Positions 33,152-41,783 of a stretch of 64,000 nt of DNA are shown piece by piece. Position numbers and translations under genes: made by a program. The DNA is from a virus. The stretch's first letter is position 1, and every line of letters starts with the position of its first letter. The stretch is from the IMG/VR virus record IMGVR_UViG_3300045051_000531. One strand, 5' to 3'. The notes below the pieces were generated by a model, which searched no databases, was not told the DNA's origin, and saw nothing but the letters and a program-made list of their open reading frames with translations.

Positions 33152-33596
33152 ATCAGTTTGCAAACTGTTTCTTGGTAAAAATGGCAGAGAGGTCGCATTA
33201 GGCATCACGACGTTCTGCACGATCGAGCCGTTCGAGATCCCGATATGCGACGAAAAGGGCCCCATCACGTTTGCCGATTTCAACGACAAGGTTCGCGTGG
33301 TGAAGCACGTCGCCAGGTTGAACAAGGGTGTTCCGAACCCGAAGTCACGCCCGCTGATCGAGCTCCCATGGAGTATTGCCGGTACGATCACGTACACCGA
33401 GAACCCCTACTGCCCGTACCAGACTTTGCGCGACTGTTTCATCAAAGGAGGTATCATCGGGCTCGGGACGTTCCGACAGCACTTCGGCAAGTTCAGACTC
33501 GCACGATTCGAAACCGTCGCTGAAAGCGAGAGCGGGTTCGACATCGAGAAACCCGTGGACGACACTGAAGAGGCTCCTGCGGTCAAAAAGACCTGA
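32970..33596 (+). CDS. stand-alone RAMP/Cas7-like protein
   Basis: N-terminal strand IQFHLVGTRPLMF, central LTIPTINL and C-terminal Gly-rich loop GGIIGLGTFRQHFGKF; RBS AGGAG. Confidence 0.65.
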   Translation: MSKNLTIQFHLVGTRPLMFDRYPGDNKTKLPDDEKMYLDEHRHLTIPTINLFSMLVAENTKSVCKLFLGKNGREVALGITTFCTIEPFEIPICDEKGPITFADFNDKVRVVKHVARLNKGVPNPKSRPLIELPWSIAGTITYTENPYCPYQTLRDCFIKGGIIGLGTFRQHFGKFRLARFETVAESESGFDIEKPVDDTEEAPAVKKT

Positions 33597-33604
33597 ACGC
33601 AGCC

Positions 33605-35371
33605 CTACTTCCGCGGCAGGACCTCGTCGGCGATGAACGCCTTGGTCACCGCCGGCCAGGCCTGCGCGGAGTGGAACAGCGCCATGCAGGCGAAGTTGAT
33701 GGCGTGCAGGATGTCGTCGCTGCGACGCGACATCCGCTTCACGAGTCGAGTCGGGGACCCCCTGGGGTTCTCGATGGCTTCCTCGTAGACGTTGAGGAGA
33801 TCCCTGAGGTGATCCTTGAGGTACCGCTCGGAGTCCGGGAGCCGAACCATGCCGCGTTTGATGAGCTCGAACAGGAGCAACAGGGAGCGCGGCTTGTCCA
33901 GGGTGTAACTCGACCTGGCACCAACGACGAGGGCCCGGTTGTAAAACACGATCGGCTTCGTGACCCCGAGGACGTTGTAGGTGAACGGGACGATCCTGGT
34001 CTCGGGCCAGCCGTGGGCCCGGATCTGACCTTCCTGGACGTTGCCTTGGCCGCCGTAGTCCAAGGCGATCCAGTTCGCCTTCGACATCGCACCGACACGG
34101 ACCGCCATCTCGGTCTCCTGGGACTGATCGATCTCGTAGGGCACCTTGTGGAGCCACTTGATGTCGATGGAGCCGTCGCCACGGAGCCCAGCCAGCGCCA
34201 TCGCGGTGTTCGAGATGAAGTCGTCGGTATCCGAAGCCTTCTCTTTACCGCGACCACCCCAGTCGATTCCCAGGGCGACCTGGATGTACTCCGACACCGG
34301 CATGTTCTCAGGTTCACACGGCTTCACCGTTGCTGCGGCGACGAGTTGATCCTGGGTGAGCAGCTTGGCACCGACGTCGAAGCTCTCCCCGAGGACCTCG
34401 TTGTAGTAGATGTATTGCGGTTTGTCCCGGCGGACATCCAGGATGATTTCCCAGTCCTTCGGGGACTCGTAGTGCATCGGCAGGATGACCTGGGGGACAT
34501 GGTACCCCGCGAAGCTTCGCTGCCGTTCCGGGTAGTCGTGGACATAGAACCCGGCTCGGCTGTTGGCCTGGCGGCCACACTTCGTGCAGATCAGGGTTCG
34601 ATGGGAGCCGTCATTCCGTTTCCCGTCGCCGACCATCTTGAGGAGATCGGCGTCGGTGCAGCACCGGTTCAGGTGACCGCAGATGCAGGGGATATGCCAG
34701 TGGGCCTGCGAGCTGTCCTCCCAGAACAGGTGGGCAGTGTTATCGAAGGTCTTCGGGGTCCCCGTGAGCCGGACCAGCTTGAACGGCGACGCCGCCAAGC
34801 TTTGCTCCACGATGGGGAGATCGGAGTGATCCATGTCCTGGACCTCATCGCAGTCCAGTTCGTCGGCTGGGGTACCACGCAGGCGGGTTGGATCGCCAGA
34901 GCTGTACCCGTAGTACAACGAGCTCCCGTCCCCGATGTTGCGCTGCAGCACGGAGTCCATGGTGAGCTCACCGATGATGTGCTCCTTGATGGGGCTCATC
35001 GCGATGAACGGTCTGACGTAGTTCTGGCTGAACTTCCTGACCTGCTCGTACAACGGCATCACGGTCAGGATGTTGTAGTTCGGCTGGATCCGGGCCCGCA
35101 AGATCTGGGCAGCAGCTTGGGAGGTCGACTTCGATACCTGGCGTCCACAGAGCAGGAGAAGCCGTCTACTGACTTCTCGGATCTTGAAGAACGGTTCAAA
35201 CATGAAGTGAGACCAATCCAGGCTGTACGGTTTCGACCGTAGCCTGAAGATCAGCGGGAGCAGTTTGACCAGGGAGTCCTGGCGACCCGCAACGAGGTCC
35301 CGCTTCAACTTGATCAGGGCGCCTTCCAGAGCAGCGAGCTGCTCCGGTGACACCTTGGTGACTTCACGCAT
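33605..35371 (-). CDS. terL: terminase large subunit (gpA-like)
   Basis: Walker A-like CGRQVSKST, LDCDEVQD, GTPKT, CICGH/CTKCG and nuclease ALGIDWG. The start is uncertain (ORF track extends to 35716). Confidence 0.85.
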   Translation of the reverse strand: MREVTKVSPEQLAALEGALIKLKRDLVAGRQDSLVKLLPLIFRLRSKPYSLDWSHFMFEPFFKIREVSRRLLLLCGRQVSKSTSQAAAQILRARIQPNYNILTVMPLYEQVRKFSQNYVRPFIAMSPIKEHIIGELTMDSVLQRNIGDGSSLYYGYSSGDPTRLRGTPADELDCDEVQDMDHSDLPIVEQSLAASPFKLVRLTGTPKTFDNTAHLFWEDSSQAHWHIPCICGHLNRCCTDADLLKMVGDGKRNDGSHRTLICTKCGRQANSRAGFYVHDYPERQRSFAGYHVPQVILPMHYESPKDWEIILDVRRDKPQYIYYNEVLGESFDVGAKLLTQDQLVAAATVKPCEPENMPVSEYIQVALGIDWGGRGKEKASDTDDFISNTAMALAGLRGDGSIDIKWLHKVPYEIDQSQETEMAVRVGAMSKANWIALDYGGQGNVQEGQIRAHGWPETRIVPFTYNVLGVTKPIVFYNRALVVGARSSYTLDKPRSLLLLFELIKRGMVRLPDSERYLKDHLRDLLNVYEEAIENPRGSPTRLVKRMSRRSDDILHAINFACMALFHSAQAWPAVTKAFIADEVLPRK

Positions 35372-35512
35372 CACTAGTTCGTAGCGACTCCACCCCTGTT
35401 TTGCAAGGATGGTGTCCGCGCGAACAATTTCACGGTACCTGCCGTGGAGCCCCAGGACACGTTCTGTCGGTCCCAGTCCTGGGGACCATTGGACCGATGA
35501 AGGTAACTCTTC

Positions 35513-35728
35513 ATGCTCCGTCGCGCTCCTAAACGGACCCAGGAAACGAACCTGGATTCCGCCGCTCAGGGTCTGGTCTATCTCGGCCTCCTGATCCTCG
35601 TAATCGGTGTCCTCGGTAGCATCATCAAGTTCATCCTGGGGCTCGTAGTCCCCATGCTGATCATCGGTGGTGTCTCCGCGTTCATATTCTTCGTCGTTAT
35701 CCCGTGGCTGAACCACAGGTACCGCTGA
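35513..35728 (+). CDS. small membrane protein (tentative)
   Basis: Two long hydrophobic segments; lies antisense to the upstream extension of the terL ORF. Confidence 0.4.
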   Translation: MLRRAPKRTQETNLDSAAQGLVYLGLLILVIGVLGSIIKFILGLVVPMLIIGGVSAFIFFVVIPWLNHRYR

Positions 35729-35824
35729 CCGGACTAGACCCGGCGCTCACGACATAGAGGCTGCTGATGGTCCAACAACCTAGGCCCGCGGGTGACCCCC
35801 GCGGGCTGCCTTTAGAAAGGATAC

Positions 35825-36625
35825 ATGGAACTGCGTGATGAGTTCGGGCTGTTCCGGTGGTACCAGGGTATCTTCTTTCCGCACACCCTGAACGACCCCA
35901 ATTTCGATTACCAACGGATGTATGGTCTGCTGACCAAGCTGCAGATCATGTTTAACTCATGGACCCCGAAACCGTGCCGCGGCATGAAGTTCATGACCCC
36001 CGGGCTTCGGGCCAACGACCTCAAGGGGCACCAGTACTGCGGGCACCCGCTATGCCCGACCTGCTGGCATCGCCGCCAGACCGAGCTGATCCAAGCCCTA
36101 GCTGAGATCCCTGAGGTCCCCTGGCTGTGCTTCCGGTCGACCTGGTTCGTGAAGTGGGACATCGATGTGCATCCCCGCTGCGTGACCCGGTTCAAGGGAG
36201 CCGGGAGCCGGTACAAGCTGCTGGCCTACACGCTGAACTGGGACGCCAGCGTGGCCTTCCTGGACGACGAAGACGCCAAGCACGACGAGTTCGGTGGCCA
36301 GCTCTCCTACCAGCTCCTCGGCCTGTTCTGGTCACACCGCGAGGTCCGGGATACCCAGGACACCGCCGGGCAGGTGAATGTCCGTTTAGACCCTACAACG
36401 GGGCACAGTGAAACCATCGGGATCGTCGACAAGGACTACGTCGCCAGGGACCAACTCCTGCCGACCTGGTGGGCCAAGCTTCGGCACCCCTGGCAGTACC
36501 GCGGGCACACCTTGTTCCGGGACTACATCGAGCGGTTCTACGACTACAAGCCAGCCGGGAAGTCGTGGACCCGGATACAGAGTCAGAACAAGGATGAGTC
36601 CAAACAGACAACCAAGGCTAAATGA
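35825..36625 (+). CDS. hypothetical protein with Cys/His cluster
   Basis: CGHPLCPTCWH; RBS AAGGA. Confidence 0.6.
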   Translation: MELRDEFGLFRWYQGIFFPHTLNDPNFDYQRMYGLLTKLQIMFNSWTPKPCRGMKFMTPGLRANDLKGHQYCGHPLCPTCWHRRQTELIQALAEIPEVPWLCFRSTWFVKWDIDVHPRCVTRFKGAGSRYKLLAYTLNWDASVAFLDDEDAKHDEFGGQLSYQLLGLFWSHREVRDTQDTAGQVNVRLDPTTGHSETIGIVDKDYVARDQLLPTWWAKLRHPWQYRGHTLFRDYIERFYDYKPAGKSWTRIQSQNKDESKQTTKAK

Positions 36626-36772
36626 TCCTCTCGGTTTACACGAGAGTGGCTTACGCCTAGGTCTTTTTTCTCTTCGGTTATCGAGGTACCTACTATACCT
36701 AGATAAACTCATCCTCTCGGGTTACAGCAGAGAAAAGATACCTACGTAGTCTCTGTCGTAAACCGAGAGGAT
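36625..36772. repeat. three copies of ATCCTCTCGGKTTAC (two direct, one inverted)
   Basis: Copies at 36625-36639, 36711-36725 and 36758-36772 (reverse) in an AT-richer intergenic region. Confidence 0.85.
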
Positions 36773-36855
36773 GTATCTCAGACCCCAGATACCTGGGATA
36801 TAGAGATACTTGAAACCCCAGCTCTATTCACCACATTCACCGTATAGGAGATCAC

Positions 36856-37374
36856 ATGAAAAAGTCTATTGGTCGTGTCCGGGTCCGCAAGAGTCCGGTA
36901 CCGTCGACCCCGCCGATCGTCGATCAGGAGACCCGCGAAGCCTTCGTGAAGGGCGCCGGTGTTCCTCGGCCCCATATGGACTCCGGAGTAGCCGCTGAGC
37001 TCGTCAGCCGGAACCGCGACATCCCGGTTCAGCGACAGGGCGGCTCCCCGATGGTCCCGTATCCGCGGGATGGGGTCCTGGCAGCCTCAGGGATGCCCAA
37101 GGTGACCCGATCGGGTCTCACCCTGCTCTCCGAGGCTTCAGCCAAGGAACTCGAGCCTACGGCCCCGGAAAGCGTCGCGGCGCAGTGCGACGGCCTCGCC
37201 AGGCTGGCGGACCGCGTGGTCCCCCGGTTGGCGGGTCTGAGGTCCTCGTTCGTCGTCGATCGTCTCGGCCCCTCGAAGCTGACGTTGACGGAGCACATGG
37301 CGGAGCTCGAAGAGCTCGCCGTGCAGGCCGTCCAGCTCAGGAACTGTCTCGCCATCTATGCCGCCGACCTCTGA
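36856..37374 (+). CDS. hypothetical protein
   Basis: 172 aa with RBS AGGAG. Confidence 0.6.
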   Translation: MKKSIGRVRVRKSPVPSTPPIVDQETREAFVKGAGVPRPHMDSGVAAELVSRNRDIPVQRQGGSPMVPYPRDGVLAASGMPKVTRSGLTLLSEASAKELEPTAPESVAAQCDGLARLADRVVPRLAGLRSSFVVDRLGPSKLTLTEHMAELEELAVQAVQLRNCLAIYAADL

Positions 37375-38482
37375 CCCGGCGTTCATAGCTGCTGGCGACA
37401 TTCATCTGACCCCGTTGATCTGGCGACCCCAGGTCAACATCACCGGGGACGCCGAGCTCGCCTTCGCGGCGCTCATCGATGTCGCCATTGAGAACATGCT
37501 CCCGTTGGTCCTCGTTGGCGACATCTTCGACACCGTGGAGCCCGGTCCCCAGATGATCCGGTTCTTCCGGAAGCAGATGGACCGGCTCTACGATGAACGG
37601 GTCCATGTGTACGCCATCGATGGGAACCATGATAAACGGAGTCCTTCGTGGTCTTCCGCGGTACATGAATGGGTCCAGTATATTGGTGATGGTCACCAGG
37701 TCACCATCGGCGGGGTCAACTGCCGTGGTCTCGATTACGCGCTCAAAGATGACATCGTGGAGTCCCTGGCCAAGCTGACCCAGGACCCCGAGATCGGTAA
37801 GACCCAGGTCTTGTTCCTGCATCAGGCCGTCAAGCAGGCCCTGAAGTGGGAAGGGAAGTGGAACTGTGATCTGGACTGGGTTCCGAAGTCGATCCCGTTG
37901 GTGGTCATGGGGGACATCCATGTGGAATGGGATCACGATCTCGGGGCCGGGCGTCGAGCCCTGTACACCGGTGCCACGCATCTCCGTGACATCGGACAGC
38001 GCGGCCCGAAGAGCTGCGTCCTGGTGAACCGTGATCTGACGTGGTCCAGGCTGCCGTTGCCGTACCGGCTCGTGGAACGCTTCAACCTGAGCAAAGCGGA
38101 GGACGTCGATGCCGTGGAAACCTGGCTCAAGGAAGCAACAGCGACGGTGCCAGAACTGCCACCGGTCGCGTACTGCTTCCATGTCGGTGCCTGCAAGGCC
38201 CGGCTTGGCGAGTTACGACGGACGTACAACGCCTCAGCGTTTATCGTCATGGAAGCCGTCCAGACGCCGGAGGAGCTCACGCTGGACCAGGAGCTCCTCG
38301 CGGATCTCCCCGTGGAAGCCCGGCCGCAGGATCAGCTGATCACACCTGAGGAACTCCTCAAAGAGATCATCGATCCGGAACGTGAACCCGATGCGTTCCA
38401 GTTCACCTTGGATCTCCTGCAGTCCAAGCAGAGCGTGTTCGACATGATCAAGGAGCGTCGCGAGAAGTTCTTCGCGGCTTAG
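37358..38482 (+). CDS. sbcD: Mre11/SbcD-like metallophosphoesterase nuclease
   Basis: GDIH, VGDIFD, DGNHD, FLHQ and MGDIH motifs. Confidence 0.88.
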   Translation: MPPTSDPAFIAAGDIHLTPLIWRPQVNITGDAELAFAALIDVAIENMLPLVLVGDIFDTVEPGPQMIRFFRKQMDRLYDERVHVYAIDGNHDKRSPSWSSAVHEWVQYIGDGHQVTIGGVNCRGLDYALKDDIVESLAKLTQDPEIGKTQVLFLHQAVKQALKWEGKWNCDLDWVPKSIPLVVMGDIHVEWDHDLGAGRRALYTGATHLRDIGQRGPKSCVLVNRDLTWSRLPLPYRLVERFNLSKAEDVDAVETWLKEATATVPELPPVAYCFHVGACKARLGELRRTYNASAFIVMEAVQTPEELTLDQELLADLPVEARPQDQLITPEELLKEIIDPEREPDAFQFTLDLLQSKQSVFDMIKERREKFFAA

Positions 38483-38508
38483 TCCACAAACATCTGAAGA
38501 GGGAGCAC

Positions 38509-40041
38509 ATGCCCGCCGAAACCACCGGCAGGACGGTTTACTACGTCCTGCGAGATGCCGTCTCCAAGGAGCGGCTCGAAGAGCTCACGATCAGGATCAT
38601 AGCCGAGGAGACCCTCGGCTTCGAAGAGGACCCCGTCGAGGAACCGATTCCGTGCTGGGCCATCGCCAAGGCCGGAGTCCAGAAACTGGCCGAGTACGGC
38701 TACGACGCCAGCGTGGTGACCCCCACGGGTTACGACGGCATCATGTTCGTCGCGCTGGCGAACCCCGATGGGACCCCGGCCACGGTGGCCGTGGATCCCA
38801 AGTTGATCAAGGTGGTCACGTTCGCGTCCTGGATCGGGACACCCGATCGCGCCGTCATCAAGGCGATCATCCAGCGGGTCCTGACTCCCGCGATCGGGAA
38901 GCACGTCAAGGTGTTCTGCCCTGGTGGGAACCGGCTCCAGCCACCGCCGGTGGATGACAACACCGTGGCGGTGATCTTCCACAGCTCGACCGACGGCGGC
39001 GAATGGTTCCCGTCGCCAGCCATGTGGGGCCGCGACGTCAGCAATCAGAACCGTGCTCTGTTCGCTCCCTGGGTCGGTGGAGAACCGATCACGTCGTCCG
39101 AAGGTGAAGAGGTCGGTGCCGCGGGACCCAAGCATCTCTACATCTACCCGGATCTCCTGACGGTCGGCAACGCCAACGATCTCTTCATCCTGGAGAAGTT
39201 CTTCGAGAGCTACATCGAGCTCGCCAAGACCAACTTCGGCGGCACCCCGGACTACGACAACATCGAGAAGCGGTACGTCACGGCGTGCCGGAAGCGCGTC
39301 GATAAGCGCAAGATCGAGCTGAAGCACGAGTTCGACGAGGCCATGCGGGAAACCCAGGAGTACGAGAAGAACCTCGTTCTGGCGATCCAGCGCGGTCGCC
39401 AGGCCAGGCATGAGCTCGACAACTTCGACAGCTACATCAAGGACGTCGATGGCGGCCTCCGCAAGGAGTTCCGCGGTCTGCTCAAGGTTCCCAAGGTGGC
39501 CAACGTGAACTGGCGTGGTGACAACCTCACGATCACCACGAAGCACTGCTACTGCCAGCATCCCAACGGCACCGTCTACGACATCGGCGTCTTCAAGCTG
39601 ATCGTGGATCACAGGACCTCCGAGGTCCGGTTCTTCAACCAGACCCGACGGGTGAACTCGTTCCAGGATCAGATGAATGGTCCCCACCTGTTCCCGGATG
39701 GGAGACCGTGTCTCGGCAACATGCGGGAGGTCATCCCGCAGCTCGTCGCCGGGTACCAGTGGTCCGCGCTGACGCAGGTCTGCTTCGCGTTCATCGAGGC
39801 CGTCAATCTCGATGACAACGCAGGCCAGGGCATCGTGAAGTGGCCCGTCGCGCTCACCAAGGAGCAGCTCGAGGAATACGCCAAGCTCGCCAAGAAGAAG
39901 CCTGGCGAGGTGCTCAAGGATCTCGGCATCGAGTACTCCCACACGGATGTCCTCCAGCGCCTCCAGGAAGGCAAGATCATCAAGGAGGTCGCCGCTGAAG
40001 CGGTGCCCGCAACCCCTGCAACCGTAGCAACCCCAGGCTAA
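38509..40041 (+). CDS. coiled-coil plus prokaryotic E2/UBC-like protein (cassette 1)
   Basis: C-terminal PHLFPDGRPCLGN...FIEAVN (PH-x-G-x-C-x-G pattern). Confidence 0.65.
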   Translation: MPAETTGRTVYYVLRDAVSKERLEELTIRIIAEETLGFEEDPVEEPIPCWAIAKAGVQKLAEYGYDASVVTPTGYDGIMFVALANPDGTPATVAVDPKLIKVVTFASWIGTPDRAVIKAIIQRVLTPAIGKHVKVFCPGGNRLQPPPVDDNTVAVIFHSSTDGGEWFPSPAMWGRDVSNQNRALFAPWVGGEPITSSEGEEVGAAGPKHLYIYPDLLTVGNANDLFILEKFFESYIELAKTNFGGTPDYDNIEKRYVTACRKRVDKRKIELKHEFDEAMRETQEYEKNLVLAIQRGRQARHELDNFDSYIKDVDGGLRKEFRGLLKVPKVANVNWRGDNLTITTKHCYCQHPNGTVYDIGVFKLIVDHRTSEVRFFNQTRRVNSFQDQMNGPHLFPDGRPCLGNMREVIPQLVAGYQWSALTQVCFAFIEAVNLDDNAGQGIVKWPVALTKEQLEEYAKLAKKKPGEVLKDLGIEYSHTDVLQRLQEGKIIKEVAAEAVPATPATVATPG

Positions 40042-40048
40042 GGAGCCC

Positions 40049-40795
40049 ATGTTCAATCCCAGAGTGTTCAAACCCACCTTCCATGGTGTCCCCACGATCA
40101 AGATCAAACAGAAGTGTCTCGAGGACATGTGGCACCTCGTCCAGATCGTCGGCATGGAGGTCGGCTGGCTCGTCGTGACCCACGAGACCGAAGACGGTGA
40201 CTTCGTGCTCAGCGAAGTCGTGCTCCCCGATCAGAACTGCCACGGTGCCACCACCGAGCTCAACGAGCAGGGCCTCGCCGACGCCGCCATGCGGCTCATC
40301 GACGAGGACAGCAAGGCCGGCATCCAGGCCAAGGATCCCGGGTTCCGTGCCAACCATCTCAGCACGTGGTGCCACTCCCACGTCGACATGGGGGTCAGCC
40401 CCAGCGGGCAGGACGACGCCCAGATGGAGCAGTTCTGCAAGATGTATGCTGGCGACCAGGACGCCTGGATCCGCGGCATCCTGAACAAGAAGGGGGACGC
40501 CGAGTTCACCGTCTACTTCCAGTGCGGGAAGTCGTGGAAGCCGATCAAGGACGTCCCCTGGGAGGTCATCCCGGACGTCGAGAACGAGCGCTTCAAGTTC
40601 TGGCGCGGCATCGTCGATCAGCGCGTCAAGGGGTTCACGGAGCCCGTTCGCGGGGCCTACGTGCCCATGGGTGTTCCGCTGGCCGGTGAGCCGCCGTACA
40701 AGCACGGCGACTTCCGGGACCGCAGCAAGGAGGTCATCGTGCCGACCAGGCACCCGCGCGGGGGCTCCGGCCGCCGTAAGGAATGGTGGACCTGA
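40049..40795 (+). CDS. JAB/MPN+ metallopeptidase (cassette 1)
   Basis: N-terminal EVGW and HSHVDMGVSPSGQD (HxH-x7-S-x2-D). Confidence 0.88.
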   Translation: MFNPRVFKPTFHGVPTIKIKQKCLEDMWHLVQIVGMEVGWLVVTHETEDGDFVLSEVVLPDQNCHGATTELNEQGLADAAMRLIDEDSKAGIQAKDPGFRANHLSTWCHSHVDMGVSPSGQDDAQMEQFCKMYAGDQDAWIRGILNKKGDAEFTVYFQCGKSWKPIKDVPWEVIPDVENERFKFWRGIVDQRVKGFTEPVRGAYVPMGVPLAGEPPYKHGDFRDRSKEVIVPTRHPRGGSGRRKEWWT

Positions 40796-41502
40796 TGGCG
40801 GCGAACAAGACGGATCCGCTGCGACACATGTCGGTCTTCAACCCGGATACCTTCGGGGATCGCAGGGTCGACATCATCGGTTGCGGAGCCACGGGTTCCC
40901 GCATCGCCATGGAGATCGCCAAGCTGGGGGTCACCAACCTCCATCTGCACGACTTCGACAAGATCGAGGCGCATAACTGCGCCAATCAGCTCTTCGGTAT
41001 CAACGATGTCGGCAAGCTCAAAGTGGATGCCCTCGCAGACCGGATCCTCGCGGATACCGGTCTGGAGGTCACCAAGCACCCCGAGGCCGTCACGGGGCGC
41101 AGCGAGCTCGGCAACGTGGTCTTCCTGCTCACGGACACCATGAAGTCCCGCAAGGAGATCTGGGAGGGCGCCATCCGGTTCCATCCCATGACCGAAATCA
41201 TGATCGAGACCCGCATGGGGGCCTCGGAGGGACGGGTCTACATCGTGAGACCGTGCATCCCTGGTGACATCAGGTTCTGGGAATCCACGCTCTGTGACGA
41301 TGACGAGGCCGCGGAGTCCCTGTGCGGGGCCCGTACCTCGGTGGGACCCACTGCTGCTCTGATCCATGCCCACGCGGTGTGGTCCATGATCCGTTGGTTC
41401 GCGAACGCCAAGGACGCCGAGAAACACGAGCGACCCCAAGCTGAAGCGATCTTCTATGCCGACCCGCCCATGGTGATGACCAGGCAGGCTGGCGCGTTCT
41501 AG
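40783..41502 (+). CDS. ThiF/E1-like activating enzyme (cassette 1)
   Basis: IIGCGATGS, DFDKIEAHNCANQ, ETRMG and a C-terminal Cys (SLCGARTS). Confidence 0.9.
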   Translation: MVDLMAANKTDPLRHMSVFNPDTFGDRRVDIIGCGATGSRIAMEIAKLGVTNLHLHDFDKIEAHNCANQLFGINDVGKLKVDALADRILADTGLEVTKHPEAVTGRSELGNVVFLLTDTMKSRKEIWEGAIRFHPMTEIMIETRMGASEGRVYIVRPCIPGDIRFWESTLCDDDEAAESLCGARTSVGPTAALIHAHAVWSMIRWFANAKDAEKHERPQAEAIFYADPPMVMTRQAGAF

Positions 41503-41562
41503 TTGTTCATCTGATCCATCGTTTCAGTCAACCTCTTCTCATCTCAGAAAGCGAGTTTCCAC

Positions 41563-41769
41563 ATGCCCAACGTTCGCGCAGGCCGTATGCCCGGCAAGAT
41601 CGACGACTTCAACGTGCCCGAGGGCACCACCGTCGGCGCCGTCCTCCAGCAGGCCGGTCTCGATGCCAACGGCTTCGAGATCCGTCTCGACGGCCAGGAC
41701 ACCACCACGGACACCGTGGTGCGGGACGGCCAGACCATCCTGCTGGTGCGTAAGGTCAAGGGCAACTAG
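41563..41769 (+). CDS. ubiquitin-like beta-grasp protein (cassette 1)
   Basis: 68 aa; VPEGTTVGAVL...IRLDG...VRDGQTILLV; ends KVKG-N. Confidence 0.82.
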   Translation: MPNVRAGRMPGKIDDFNVPEGTTVGAVLQQAGLDANGFEIRLDGQDTTTDTVVRDGQTILLVRKVKGN

Positions 41770-41783
41770 CCCAGGGAGACGCC

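Noticed and set aside
35372-35716. Acidic 115-codon N-terminal extension of the terminase
   Set aside because: Not motif-supported and antisense to a plausible membrane-protein ORF; left unresolved, with the shorter start reported.
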